64,000 nucleotides of DNA from Candidatus Acidiferrales bacterium (GTDB lineage: Bacteria; Patescibacteriota; Microgenomatia; Levybacterales; UBA12049), in assembly GCA_035533875.1 (NCBI GenBank), contig DATLSZ010000031.1:871-64870 (forward strand), given 5' to 3'. Shown here piece after piece: positions 1-8,608 of the stretch. The notes below the pieces were generated by a model that was not told the DNA's origin, ran no database searches, and was given only the letters and a program-made list of their open reading frames with translations. Position 1 is the stretch's first letter, and each line of letters opens with the position of its first letter. Both the position numbers and the translations under genes were made by a program.

Positions 1-151
1 AAACACTCGCTCCTTTTTTCTTTGCAATATCAATGGTTTTATCTTGAGAATGATCATCAATAACGATCCATTCATCACACCAGGAGACACTGTCGAGACA
101 CCGACCGATATTCTTCTCTTCATTTTTTGTTATTATTACAGCAGATATCAT
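1..151 (-). CDS. Glycosyltransferase family 2, N-terminal fragment (gene runs off the left edge)
   Basis: Not in the ORF track (too short). Reverse-strand ATG at 151..149 gives MISAVIITKNEEKNIGRCLDSVSWCDEWIVIDDHSQDKTIDIAKKKGASV, a canonical GT2 N-terminus (beta-strand + NEE + IDD.S.D.T). It starts 27 nt after the stop of 179..1594 on the same strand. Confidence 0.55.
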   Translation of the reverse strand, partial: MISAVIITKNEEKNIGRCLDSVSWCDEWIVIDDHSQDKTIDIAKKKGASV

Positions 152-178
152 AATTCTTCAATCTTATATCCTTAATCT

Positions 179-1594
179 TTAATCTCTTTTAGATAAATGT
201 ATTCCCTTATGATCTTCTCCAATAAAGAAAATTAACTTTTCTGGCTTATCGGACGGACCATGTCCAAGCCACCAGGTTAGATAATCATAGTTTAAATCAA
301 AGTTTGGAAACCAGCTTCCAGGCCCTTTCGCTTTAATATTATAGTCTCTACCATTTGCTTCTTGGGTTACAATTTTAGCAATGTGCAGTCTCTGCGCATA
401 TGTAATATATTCAAAATAATTATTTTTTAAAAGTGAATATATATTCAGTATACCAATAGCGATGAGTAAAAGAATAGTTATAAAAAAATATCTTCTTTTG
501 AATTTATCTACAACATAAGCTGTTAATAACAGAATGAATGGAAAAATTACCGGCACATAAGCACCCGAAGTTGTTTTATTCGCCAGATATCCTAGTATCA
601 GTAACGCATTCATAACACCAACCAGTATCATACCGATATGATATTTTTTATGTTTAATAGTTTGATAGAAACGGTAGTAAAAAAATCCAAAGGTGGTGAT
701 TAGGATGATACAAGCAATGATGCCGCTCATCGCGAATATAAGCATCTGGTATTGTTGCAAAGCGAAGGCGAAAACTTCACTCCATCCTGTCGATTCAGTA
801 ATAGTATGAATACTAGGAAAACCAAAAATAAGCAGTATATGATAGATGATCCATGCGGTAAATTTCAATGTCTGAGGAAATCCATGATGGATATCATACA
901 ATAGCATTGGAGACATTGGAACAAACCAAGCAATTATAGATAATAAAATAACTTTTTTATCTCGCACTATTTTTATCCAGGATGTTTTCTTCCAAATCCC
1001 ATAAAACAGAACAATAAAAAAAGATATACCGAGCGTGGTTGTTGCAAGTTCAAAATTATAAAGTACTGCAAGAAGAAATATACAGATAGAAAAATAATAT
1101 CTGTTCCCTTTTACCCATTTTAAAAGTGCTAAGAGAAATAGAAGAGTAAAAAAGGGTATCGGACTCGTATGATAAGGCGTCCTGGCATTGATTATCACCA
1201 ATGGAGAAGTTGCATAAAGAAAAGATGCAATAGTACCAACATTTTCTGAAAAATATAATTTTCCAACAAGATATATGAGATATACACTAATTACACCTAA
1301 AACTATAGTCATATAAGCACCACTGAGTGGTTCAAAATGAAATAGCCACAACATAAAAACGAGGATATATGTCCAATACGCACCCTGATGAAGCCACAGA
1401 TGACTTGCCGTAATACCAACCAACGGATAACTTTTTCCAAAAACAACATCTCTTGCGGCTAAATAAAACCACCCTTGATCACCGATAAAAGGCATCAATT
1501 CATTAATCCTAAAAATGAGAAGAACTGCAGCGAGGAATAATATAGAAAATAATAATAATTTCCTCATGGAAATATTATACAGTACGTCTTTCAT
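179..1594 (-). CDS. Polytopic membrane protein, GT-C fold, ArnT/PMT-like glycosyltransferase
   Basis: 471 aa with more than 10 predicted hydrophobic helices. Early loop motif FIGDQGWFYLAARDVVFG resembles the Asp-containing first loop of the ArnT/PMT_2 family. It sits in an operon with GT2 and methyltransferase genes. Confidence 0.55.
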   Translation of the reverse strand: MKDVLYNISMRKLLLFSILFLAAVLLIFRINELMPFIGDQGWFYLAARDVVFGKSYPLVGITASHLWLHQGAYWTYILVFMLWLFHFEPLSGAYMTIVLGVISVYLIYLVGKLYFSENVGTIASFLYATSPLVIINARTPYHTSPIPFFTLLFLLALLKWVKGNRYYFSICIFLLAVLYNFELATTTLGISFFIVLFYGIWKKTSWIKIVRDKKVILLSIIAWFVPMSPMLLYDIHHGFPQTLKFTAWIIYHILLIFGFPSIHTITESTGWSEVFAFALQQYQMLIFAMSGIIACIILITTFGFFYYRFYQTIKHKKYHIGMILVGVMNALLILGYLANKTTSGAYVPVIFPFILLLTAYVVDKFKRRYFFITILLLIAIGILNIYSLLKNNYFEYITYAQRLHIAKIVTQEANGRDYNIKAKGPGSWFPNFDLNYDYLTWWLGHGPSDKPEKLIFFIGEDHKGIHLSKRD

Positions 1595-2327
1595 AATATA
1601 TCAAATTTGTTCCGCAATATAATCTATTTACAAACGGCAGTCTTTCCATAACAGGCTGTATTACTTGTAAGATAGATACCGCAAAATCTGGGCAGAAATA
1701 AGGAACAATACCGAAAAACTGTTGGTCTTTCACAATAAATCCAGCATTGATGAACCAACTATTAAGTTTTGGTGGCCAAAAGGATTTTTCTTCATGCTGC
1801 TTATGATAGGGGGAAAGCTTCTCTATTAATTTTATAATAGGATTGTAACCATTTGGCTCCAACACAATTATCCTTTTTGATAAAGGACTTAGAACGTTAA
1901 CCGCTCTTTCAGGATCATAAAGATGATGTAATACTCCACGGATCACGATGACATCAAAGGAATTTGTATCAAATACTTTATTTGCATCATATACATTAAT
2001 GGTTTTAAATATAATATTCCTTTTATCTTTTTTTAGTACCAACCGTCGAGCCGCTTGTATAGCATTTTTTGCATAGTCAAAGCCTACTATTTTTTCAGGG
2101 TGTGCTCGCAGAAGAAGTTCAAGTGTAAAGGTACCATCACCACATCCGACATCAAGAACAGTGGTTTTTCTGCCAACCTTTGACTGTAAAATTTTGATAA
2201 GTTCATCGGATTGTCTTTTTGTCGCGCTATATGCCGAACTTTTTTCAAAATTTGTATACCGATATTTACCGGTAGCTTGAATATCATCATTAAATACATC
2301 AATGTTTTTTTCTTTTTTTCTTTTCAT
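1575..2327 (-). CDS. Class I SAM-dependent methyltransferase
   Basis: Motif I VLDVGCGDGTFTLELL, followed by VIVIRGVLHHLYDP (post-I/II motifs). Confidence 0.75.
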   Translation of the reverse strand: MKRKKEKNIDVFNDDIQATGKYRYTNFEKSSAYSATKRQSDELIKILQSKVGRKTTVLDVGCGDGTFTLELLLRAHPEKIVGFDYAKNAIQAARRLVLKKDKRNIIFKTINVYDANKVFDTNSFDVIVIRGVLHHLYDPERAVNVLSPLSKRIIVLEPNGYNPIIKLIEKLSPYHKQHEEKSFWPPKLNSWFINAGFIVKDQQFFGIVPYFCPDFAVSILQVIQPVMERLPFVNRLYCGTNLIYYERRTV

Positions 2328-2336
2328 GAGAATAAT

Positions 2337-3233
2337 TTATCTCTTTACCAAGATTCCGATATTGCCAGCACTGATAGTAATTGAGGCGTTATCCAACGAT
2401 AATAGCTGAAGAACACTCGTTATAAAAATTTTTATACTATTATGTAATGGACTCATACGGATCCAATATCGTAATGGATATCTATTTTTAACCGTAAATG
2501 TTTCCAGGACAGTAAACCCGTTTTTTTCAAACAATTTTGCAAGACTTTTTTTATTGAATAGATAAATATGCTCTATATCAAAAATCGGAGACTTTTCGCC
2601 AAATATTTTTACTGATAATCCATCAGTATCATGGACAATAAATAACGCTTTTCCTTCTTTTTTCAAAACCATATGAACTGCTGATAAAAATCTATTTGGA
2701 TCGATAATGTGATCAAGCGTTTGAAAACAACACACAATATCAAATAAATTTTTTTTAAAGATATCTTTTTTAAACATGTTCACTTTTATATTTTTTTGTA
2801 ACCATTTCGGTGCCTTTTTAACAGATGCTTCTCCTGGTTCTATCCCCCATACATTCTTTACTCCCATTGTTATTGCTTCTTCAAGAAAAAACCCATTACC
2901 GCAACCAATATCAAGAAGAGAAATGTTGCTCCGCTTTTTTTTGTTTAAAACTTTTTTTAAATAATACCCATATGTTTTCTTTAGATAATCTGATTCAACT
3001 GTATAAGTAAACTTACTCTTTGCATACAATTTCGTAATCTCTCCCGCGGACAAAATAGGATTTGAAAATAGTAAACCGCATCTTATACATTTTACGAATC
3101 GAAAATGTATTCTGTCCGGTATTCTTCTTGCAGAAAATGTTTCTGAAGTGATTTTTTCTGGAAGAAAATTTGCTTTAAATAATTCTTGTATTTCCTGATC
3201 TTTTCCGCAAATTGCACATTGAAGTGTCGTCAT
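2337..3233 (-). CDS. SAM-dependent methyltransferase with N-terminal 4-Cys zinc-ribbon
   Basis: CAICGK...CIRCG at the N-terminus; motif I LLDIGCGNGFFLEEA; CCFQTLDHIIDP. Confidence 0.7.
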   Translation of the reverse strand: MTTLQCAICGKDQEIQELFKANFLPEKITSETFSARRIPDRIHFRFVKCIRCGLLFSNPILSAGEITKLYAKSKFTYTVESDYLKKTYGYYLKKVLNKKKRSNISLLDIGCGNGFFLEEAITMGVKNVWGIEPGEASVKKAPKWLQKNIKVNMFKKDIFKKNLFDIVCCFQTLDHIIDPNRFLSAVHMVLKKEGKALFIVHDTDGLSVKIFGEKSPIFDIEHIYLFNKKSLAKLFEKNGFTVLETFTVKNRYPLRYWIRMSPLHNSIKIFITSVLQLLSLDNASITISAGNIGILVKR

Positions 3234-3267
3234 AATTTCTCTATAGTAGTAACCACAAGTATACCGT

Positions 3268-4221
3268 ATGACTTTTCAGAAAAAAAGCCGTGTTTTTATA
3301 ACAGGAGCCAATGGATTTGTCGGTGCCAACATTACCCGAAAACTGATTCAAAATAATTATGAAGTACATGTCCTCAATCGTTCAAAAATACCTACCTGGA
3401 GACTAAAAGATATACAACGTATGATAACTATTCATCACGGTGACATAACAAATTTTCCCCAACTTAAAAAAATTCTCAAAAAAATCCAACCTGAATATAT
3501 TATCCATCTTGCCGTATACGGCGCATATCACTATCAATCTGAACTTGAAAAAATGATACAGGTTAATATTGAAGGAACTAAAAATCTCCTTGAGGCTTCA
3601 AAGGATATTCCTTATCGGTGTTTTATCAATACGGGCAGCTCCTCAGAATATGGTTATAAAGATACATCGATGAAAGAAACAGATTATTGTGAGCCAGTAA
3701 GCTATTATGCGTCTACAAAACTTGCTGCAACACACCTTTGCAAAGTATTTGCACTCGTCAATAATAAACCAATAATGACATTCCGTTTATTCTCCGTGTA
3801 TGGTCCTTATGAAGCGCCGACTCGGCTAATTCCAGTTATTATGAAAACACTTATTCAAAAGAATACAATAAAACTTACTCCGGGCACTCAGCGCAGGGAT
3901 TTTATTTATGTAGAAGACGTTTGCAATGCTTACCTCAGTGCTTTAAAGCTAGGGAAAAAACTGCAGGGAGAGATATGTAATCTCGGCACAGGGAAAGAAT
4001 ATACGAACGATGAAATAGTGAATACGTTATTTAAAGTAACAAACAAAAGTACAGTTGTTGAAAAAGGCGCGTACCCAAAAAGATCATGGGATACACCCCA
4101 TTGGAAAGCGAACATTATTCATACGAAAAAAGTATTGTCATGGAAGCCAACCTATACTATTGACAAAGGATTGAATAGCACTTATTCTTGGTTTGAACAA
4201 AACGCTCATTTTTATCAATAA
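3268..4221 (+). CDS. NAD-dependent epimerase/dehydratase (extended SDR)
   Basis: Rossmann motif ITGANGFVGAN; catalytic YYASTKLAA (YxxxK); length 317 aa. Confidence 0.8.
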   Translation: MTFQKKSRVFITGANGFVGANITRKLIQNNYEVHVLNRSKIPTWRLKDIQRMITIHHGDITNFPQLKKILKKIQPEYIIHLAVYGAYHYQSELEKMIQVNIEGTKNLLEASKDIPYRCFINTGSSSEYGYKDTSMKETDYCEPVSYYASTKLAATHLCKVFALVNNKPIMTFRLFSVYGPYEAPTRLIPVIMKTLIQKNTIKLTPGTQRRDFIYVEDVCNAYLSALKLGKKLQGEICNLGTGKEYTNDEIVNTLFKVTNKSTVVEKGAYPKRSWDTPHWKANIIHTKKVLSWKPTYTIDKGLNSTYSWFEQNAHFYQ

Positions 4222-4230
4222 AAACCAATC

Positions 4231-4962
4231 ATGCAGCACTTTTCGCTAAAGAAACTTACTCGGGATCAAAAAAAACTGAGGAAACGTATTCTTAAAATAA
4301 GTCATGAATCCCGTCTTTCACATCTTGGTTCCTGTCTCAGCGCTATAGATCTCATCGATACAATTTATAAAGTTAAAAAGAAAGATGAAAAATTTATTCT
4401 TTCAAACGGCCATGCAGGAATCGCCTGGTATGCAGTCTTGGAAAAATATGGTTATATTCAAGATGCAAATAGTATTAAAAATTTACACGTCCATCCAGAT
4501 AGAAATACCCAGCTCGATATTCACGTCTCAACAGGGAGTTTGGGACAAGGACTTCCTATTGCGTTAGGTATGGCTCTTGCAGATAGAAAACGACAGGTGT
4601 ACTGTATGCTTTCGGACGGAGAGTGCGCGGAAGGGAGCATTTGGGAAGCTCTTCGTATTGCTGTTGAAAAAAAAGTTACCAATTTAAAAATTATTATTAA
4701 TGCTAACGGCTGGTCAGCATATGATAAAGTAAATCTCACCTATCTTTCAAAAAGAATTAAAGCATTTGGTTTTATTATCCATAAAGTGAATGGACATGAT
4801 AATAATCATATTTTAAAAAAAATTACTATAGGACAGACAAGTCCCACAGTTTTATATGCTTATACTACTGTTGAACAGTTCCCTTTTCTTACCGGTCAAG
4901 ATGCTCATTATTACACAATGACCGATGAAGATTATACAAAAGCAAAAAAGTTACTTTCATGA
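4231..4962 (+). CDS. Transketolase-like ThDP enzyme, N-terminal (PP-domain) subunit
   Basis: SNGHAGIAWYAVL, STGSLGQGLPIALGMALA and LSDGECAEGSIWEAL are the transketolase N-terminal ThDP/Mg motifs. Confidence 0.8.
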   Translation: MQHFSLKKLTRDQKKLRKRILKISHESRLSHLGSCLSAIDLIDTIYKVKKKDEKFILSNGHAGIAWYAVLEKYGYIQDANSIKNLHVHPDRNTQLDIHVSTGSLGQGLPIALGMALADRKRQVYCMLSDGECAEGSIWEALRIAVEKKVTNLKIIINANGWSAYDKVNLTYLSKRIKAFGFIIHKVNGHDNNHILKKITIGQTSPTVLYAYTTVEQFPFLTGQDAHYYTMTDEDYTKAKKLLS

Positions 4963-5465
4963 AAATAATCCCGCTACACAAAAAAATTATGAGGGCAGCA
5001 TTTTCTTATGAAATTCATAAGCAAATGAAGAAAAATAAAGATATTTGGGTGATTGTTGGTGATTTCGGCTACAAAATGTGGGATGCCGTCCGCAAGGATT
5101 ATCCCGACAGATATATCAATGTTGGTGCTTCCGAACAGGCAATGCTTGGCATTGCAATTGGTTTGGCATTGGAAGAGAAAATTCCTATCGTCTATACGGC
5201 AACAACCTTTCTTCTCTATCGTCCATTTGAAGCAATTAGAAATTATCTTCATTATGAAAAAATACCGGTTAAATTAATTGGGTCCGGGCGTGATAAAGAT
5301 TATTTTCATGATGGTATTTCACACTGGGCTGAGGACGATAAAGATATTATGGCTGTACTCAGTAATATTCAATCTTATTGGCCAAACGAAATAAACGAAA
5401 TGCCGGTTCTTATCAATAAGATGCTGAAGAGTAATGAGCCGTGGTATATTAATTTAAGAAGATAA
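4959..5465 (+). CDS. Transketolase-like ThDP enzyme, Pyr-domain-only second subunit (lacks the TKC domain)
   Basis: NVGASEQAMLGIAIGLAL, HDGISHWAEDD, ends PWYINLRR. Only 168 aa, against about 300 aa for usual split-TK C subunits. 4-nt overlap with the upstream subunit. Confidence 0.7.
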   Translation: MKIIPLHKKIMRAAFSYEIHKQMKKNKDIWVIVGDFGYKMWDAVRKDYPDRYINVGASEQAMLGIAIGLALEEKIPIVYTATTFLLYRPFEAIRNYLHYEKIPVKLIGSGRDKDYFHDGISHWAEDDKDIMAVLSNIQSYWPNEINEMPVLINKMLKSNEPWYINLRR

Positions 5466-6406
5466 TGAAGAAAAAAATCTCCGCTATTATAGCCTGCTAT
5501 AAAGATGCACAAGCAATACCGATAATGTATAGACGCATTACAAAAACTTTCCAAAAGCTAAAAATCGATTACGAAATTATTTTTGTAAATGATGGGAGTC
5601 CGGATGATACGGAAAAAAAACTGCTTATCATAACATCTAAAGACAAACATGTTATCGCCGTAAATCATTCGAGGAATTTTGGTTCACAAATGGCGTTTAC
5701 TAGCGGTATGGAAATAGCCAAAGGAGATAGCATTGTTTTTCTTGATGGTGATTTACAGGATCCCCCTGAATTGATTGAAAAATTTTATCAAAAATGGATC
5801 AAAGGCTATGATGTCGTGTATGGAATTAGAACAAAACGTGAAGCACCATTACTAATGGCAATTGCGTACAAATTATTTTATCGAATATTCCATAAAATTT
5901 CTTATATTCAGATACCTCTTGACGCTGGCGATTTTTCGCTCATTGATAGAAAAGTAGTCGATGTGCTCAAGCAATTTCCGGAAAGAGACCGTTTTCTTCG
6001 TGGACTCAGAGCATGGGTCGGATTCAAACAAACAGGAATACCGTATGTGAGACCGGAAAGGATGTTTGGTAAAACAACAAACAGTCTTTTGAAAAACTTT
6101 CAGTGGGCAACAAAAGGAATTTTTTCATTCTCGTATGTCCCGCTGCAACTGATGACAATACTTTCACTTTTTGTCTTTCTTATAGCACTAATAGGTATGA
6201 TCATACAAATTATTCTTAGATTTCTGTTGCCGAATACTCCTGTCGGAGTCACAACAATACTCGTTGTTGTCCTTTTTATTGGAGCAATCCAACTCTTGGG
6301 AATAAGTATACTAGGAGAATATATAGCAAAGATATTTGAAGAAGTAAAACAGCGTCCAAAATTCGTAGTAAAAAGTATATTTAGATATCCATCATCAAAA
6401 AAATAA
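5465..6406 (+). CDS. GT2 polyprenyl-phosphate glycosyltransferase (GtrB/ArnC/DPM1-like) with two C-terminal TM helices
   Basis: ISAIIACYKD, FVNDGSPDDT, LDGDLQDPPE; two C-terminal TM helices followed by GEYIAKIFEEVKQRPKFVV, the family signature. Confidence 0.8.
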   Translation: MKKKISAIIACYKDAQAIPIMYRRITKTFQKLKIDYEIIFVNDGSPDDTEKKLLIITSKDKHVIAVNHSRNFGSQMAFTSGMEIAKGDSIVFLDGDLQDPPELIEKFYQKWIKGYDVVYGIRTKREAPLLMAIAYKLFYRIFHKISYIQIPLDAGDFSLIDRKVVDVLKQFPERDRFLRGLRAWVGFKQTGIPYVRPERMFGKTTNSLLKNFQWATKGIFSFSYVPLQLMTILSLFVFLIALIGMIIQIILRFLLPNTPVGVTTILVVVLFIGAIQLLGISILGEYIAKIFEEVKQRPKFVVKSIFRYPSSKK

Positions 6407-6420
6407 CTAATAATTTTCAA

Positions 6421-7614
6421 CTAAGTCACATTCGTATATGTTGCATCAGTCAAGATTCCAATTATTCTTTTGCTTATTGTAACGATATTATAATTCTTTA
6501 AAGCCTTCTTATAACCATTTTCAGCAAACAGCTCTCTTTTTTTGCTGTCTTTGTATAAAGAAATTACAGCTTTTGCTAACTCTTTCTCATCCCCTGTCTT
6601 AAAAAGCAAACCCGATTTTTGATCGTCGATAATTTCTGGTACCGGCCCCATTTCACTACCAACGGTCGGCAATCGATGCATCATCGCTTCTATAAGAACA
6701 ACCCCAAACCCTTCCATATCCCAAACAGTCGGAAATACAAAAAGATCCATACTGTCATAATACCGCTGTGTATCTTTAACAAAGCCTGTGAAATAGACAT
6801 ACTTTTCAAGTCCTAGATTCGTAACCAGCTGGCGATAATAATTCAAATCAGGACCGTCGCCAACGATAAGTAATCTTGCCAAAGGTGCTTTTTTAATCAC
6901 ATAAGGCATAGCTTTTATGAGAATATCTTGCCCTTTTTCTCTTGTCTGTCGGGATATATTGCCGATGACAATACAATTGCTCCATTCGGGTATTAATGCT
7001 TTTTTAGTACTCTTTTGTTTATTTACAACTTTTGTGCCGCACGGAATAATATGAAGTTTTGCAAGAGAAACTCTAGCATCAGTAATGAGACTCTGCTGTG
7101 TATTTCTCGTTGGGACAATGACTGCCGCCGGAAGATGTTTTGTGAGTCGATACGCAACTTTTGGAAATTTCATCAGCTTATTAAATACCGTCTGTAACGG
7201 CCCATATTCAATCCAGACAACAGGTATATCAAAAAATGATGCAATCCATGTCACTAGTAATTTTTCGGAATATCCGCTCATTAGAATGACACCTACATGA
7301 TTTTTTTTATACGTTCTAAGTAGTTTGGAATAAAATAGCAATGCGTACGGAAGAAATAATATACTTTTTATCAGTCCTCGGTAATTTCCTATAATATCGA
7401 AGATAAATGGTATCTCGGTTGTTTTGACGGGAAATTTTTTCGCTCTGTCAAAAAATTTCCCTTTATTGCTAGCAATGAACACTTTTGAGTCCGCTTTGAG
7501 AAAGTTTTCGACCAAAGAAAGCATATATGTCTCAGCCCCACCCAAATCCGGCGATTGCATAACTATACCAAGGTTGAGTTGTTTTTTGGAACCTATTTTA
7601 TTCATATTAACCAC
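6421..7614 (-). CDS. GT4 (GT-B fold) glycosyltransferase
   Basis: N-terminal DLGGAETY; C-terminal EX7E region MEGFGVVLIEAMMHRLPTVGS. Confidence 0.75.
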   Translation of the reverse strand: MVNMNKIGSKKQLNLGIVMQSPDLGGAETYMLSLVENFLKADSKVFIASNKGKFFDRAKKFPVKTTEIPFIFDIIGNYRGLIKSILFLPYALLFYSKLLRTYKKNHVGVILMSGYSEKLLVTWIASFFDIPVVWIEYGPLQTVFNKLMKFPKVAYRLTKHLPAAVIVPTRNTQQSLITDARVSLAKLHIIPCGTKVVNKQKSTKKALIPEWSNCIVIGNISRQTREKGQDILIKAMPYVIKKAPLARLLIVGDGPDLNYYRQLVTNLGLEKYVYFTGFVKDTQRYYDSMDLFVFPTVWDMEGFGVVLIEAMMHRLPTVGSEMGPVPEIIDDQKSGLLFKTGDEKELAKAVISLYKDSKKRELFAENGYKKALKNYNIVTISKRIIGILTDATYTNVT

Positions 7615-7711
7615 AAGCGTATTCTAGCACATATCACCAAATCACCATTTGAAAAGTTAAGAATATCTTATAGATATTTATATCTTTATTTTGTAAAATA
7701 AATTAATTCAT

Positions 7712-8608
7712 ATGAATCTATTTAGTAAAGTTATAGCAAATCTACAAATCTACAAAAAAGATCTTAAGACAAAAGGAATTTATTGGTCAATTGTCCATAG
7801 ACTTTATAAAGTCCCATCACTAAAAAAACAACTTGTACCAATCGTCAACAAGTTGAAACCGGATTTTGTAATCGCGCAAAACCATAAGATTTATATTGAT
7901 AAAAAGGATTCAATAGTATCTGAAGTTTTATTGTCAGAAAAAATATGGGAACCGTACGAGACAAAAATTATCAAAAGGAAAATAAAAAAAGGAGATATCG
8001 TTGTTGATATCGGTGCCCATATCGGATATTATACATTGATTGCAGCGAGTATCGTTGGTGATAAAGGAAAAGTTTACGCATTTGAACCGGATCCGAGTAA
8101 TTTCCACCTATTAAAGAAAAACATTAATGTAAACGGCTATACAAATGTTGTCACGGTTAATAAAGCCGTCTCAAACAAAAACGGCAACAAACGCCTTTAT
8201 TTAAATGATGAAAACAGAGGAGATCATAGAGTATTTGATTCAGGGGACAAAAGAAAATCTATTGCAATTGCTGTAGTGACACTTGATGATTTTTTCAAAG
8301 ATAAAAAAGAAACCATAGACTTTATGAAAATGGACATTCAAGGTTCTGAAGTATTTGCAATGAAAGGTGCAAGGAAAATAGTAGATAAGAGTAAAAAAAT
8401 AAAATTCATCACTGAATTTATGCCGTTCGAACTGGATCAAAGTGGCAGTAGCGCAGAAGAATATCTTAGGCTACTTAAGAATAATAAATTCAAAATATAC
8501 CGGCTTGATGAAGTGAGAGAGAAACTAATACCGATAAATCCCGAAAAACTACTCAGGTTGTATAATGACAATAAACATTACCTTACTAATTTATTATGCT
8601 ATCGATAA
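7712..8608 (+). CDS. FkbM-family methyltransferase
   Basis: VVDIGAHIGYYTLIAA, KVYAFEPDPSNFHLLKKN, MDIQGSE are typical FkbM motifs. Confidence 0.7.
   Translation: MNLFSKVIANLQIYKKDLKTKGIYWSIVHRLYKVPSLKKQLVPIVNKLKPDFVIAQNHKIYIDKKDSIVSEVLLSEKIWEPYETKIIKRKIKKGDIVVDIGAHIGYYTLIAASIVGDKGKVYAFEPDPSNFHLLKKNINVNGYTNVVTVNKAVSNKNGNKRLYLNDENRGDHRVFDSGDKRKSIAIAVVTLDDFFKDKKETIDFMKMDIQGSEVFAMKGARKIVDKSKKIKFITEFMPFELDQSGSSAEEYLRLLKNNKFKIYRLDEVREKLIPINPEKLLRLYNDNKHYLTNLLCYR

Noticed and set aside
2087-3010. Small nested ORFs (71, 62 and 61 aa) within or antisense to the two methyltransferase genes
   Set aside because: They are fully contained in longer, motif-supported CDSs, and there is no independent evidence for them.
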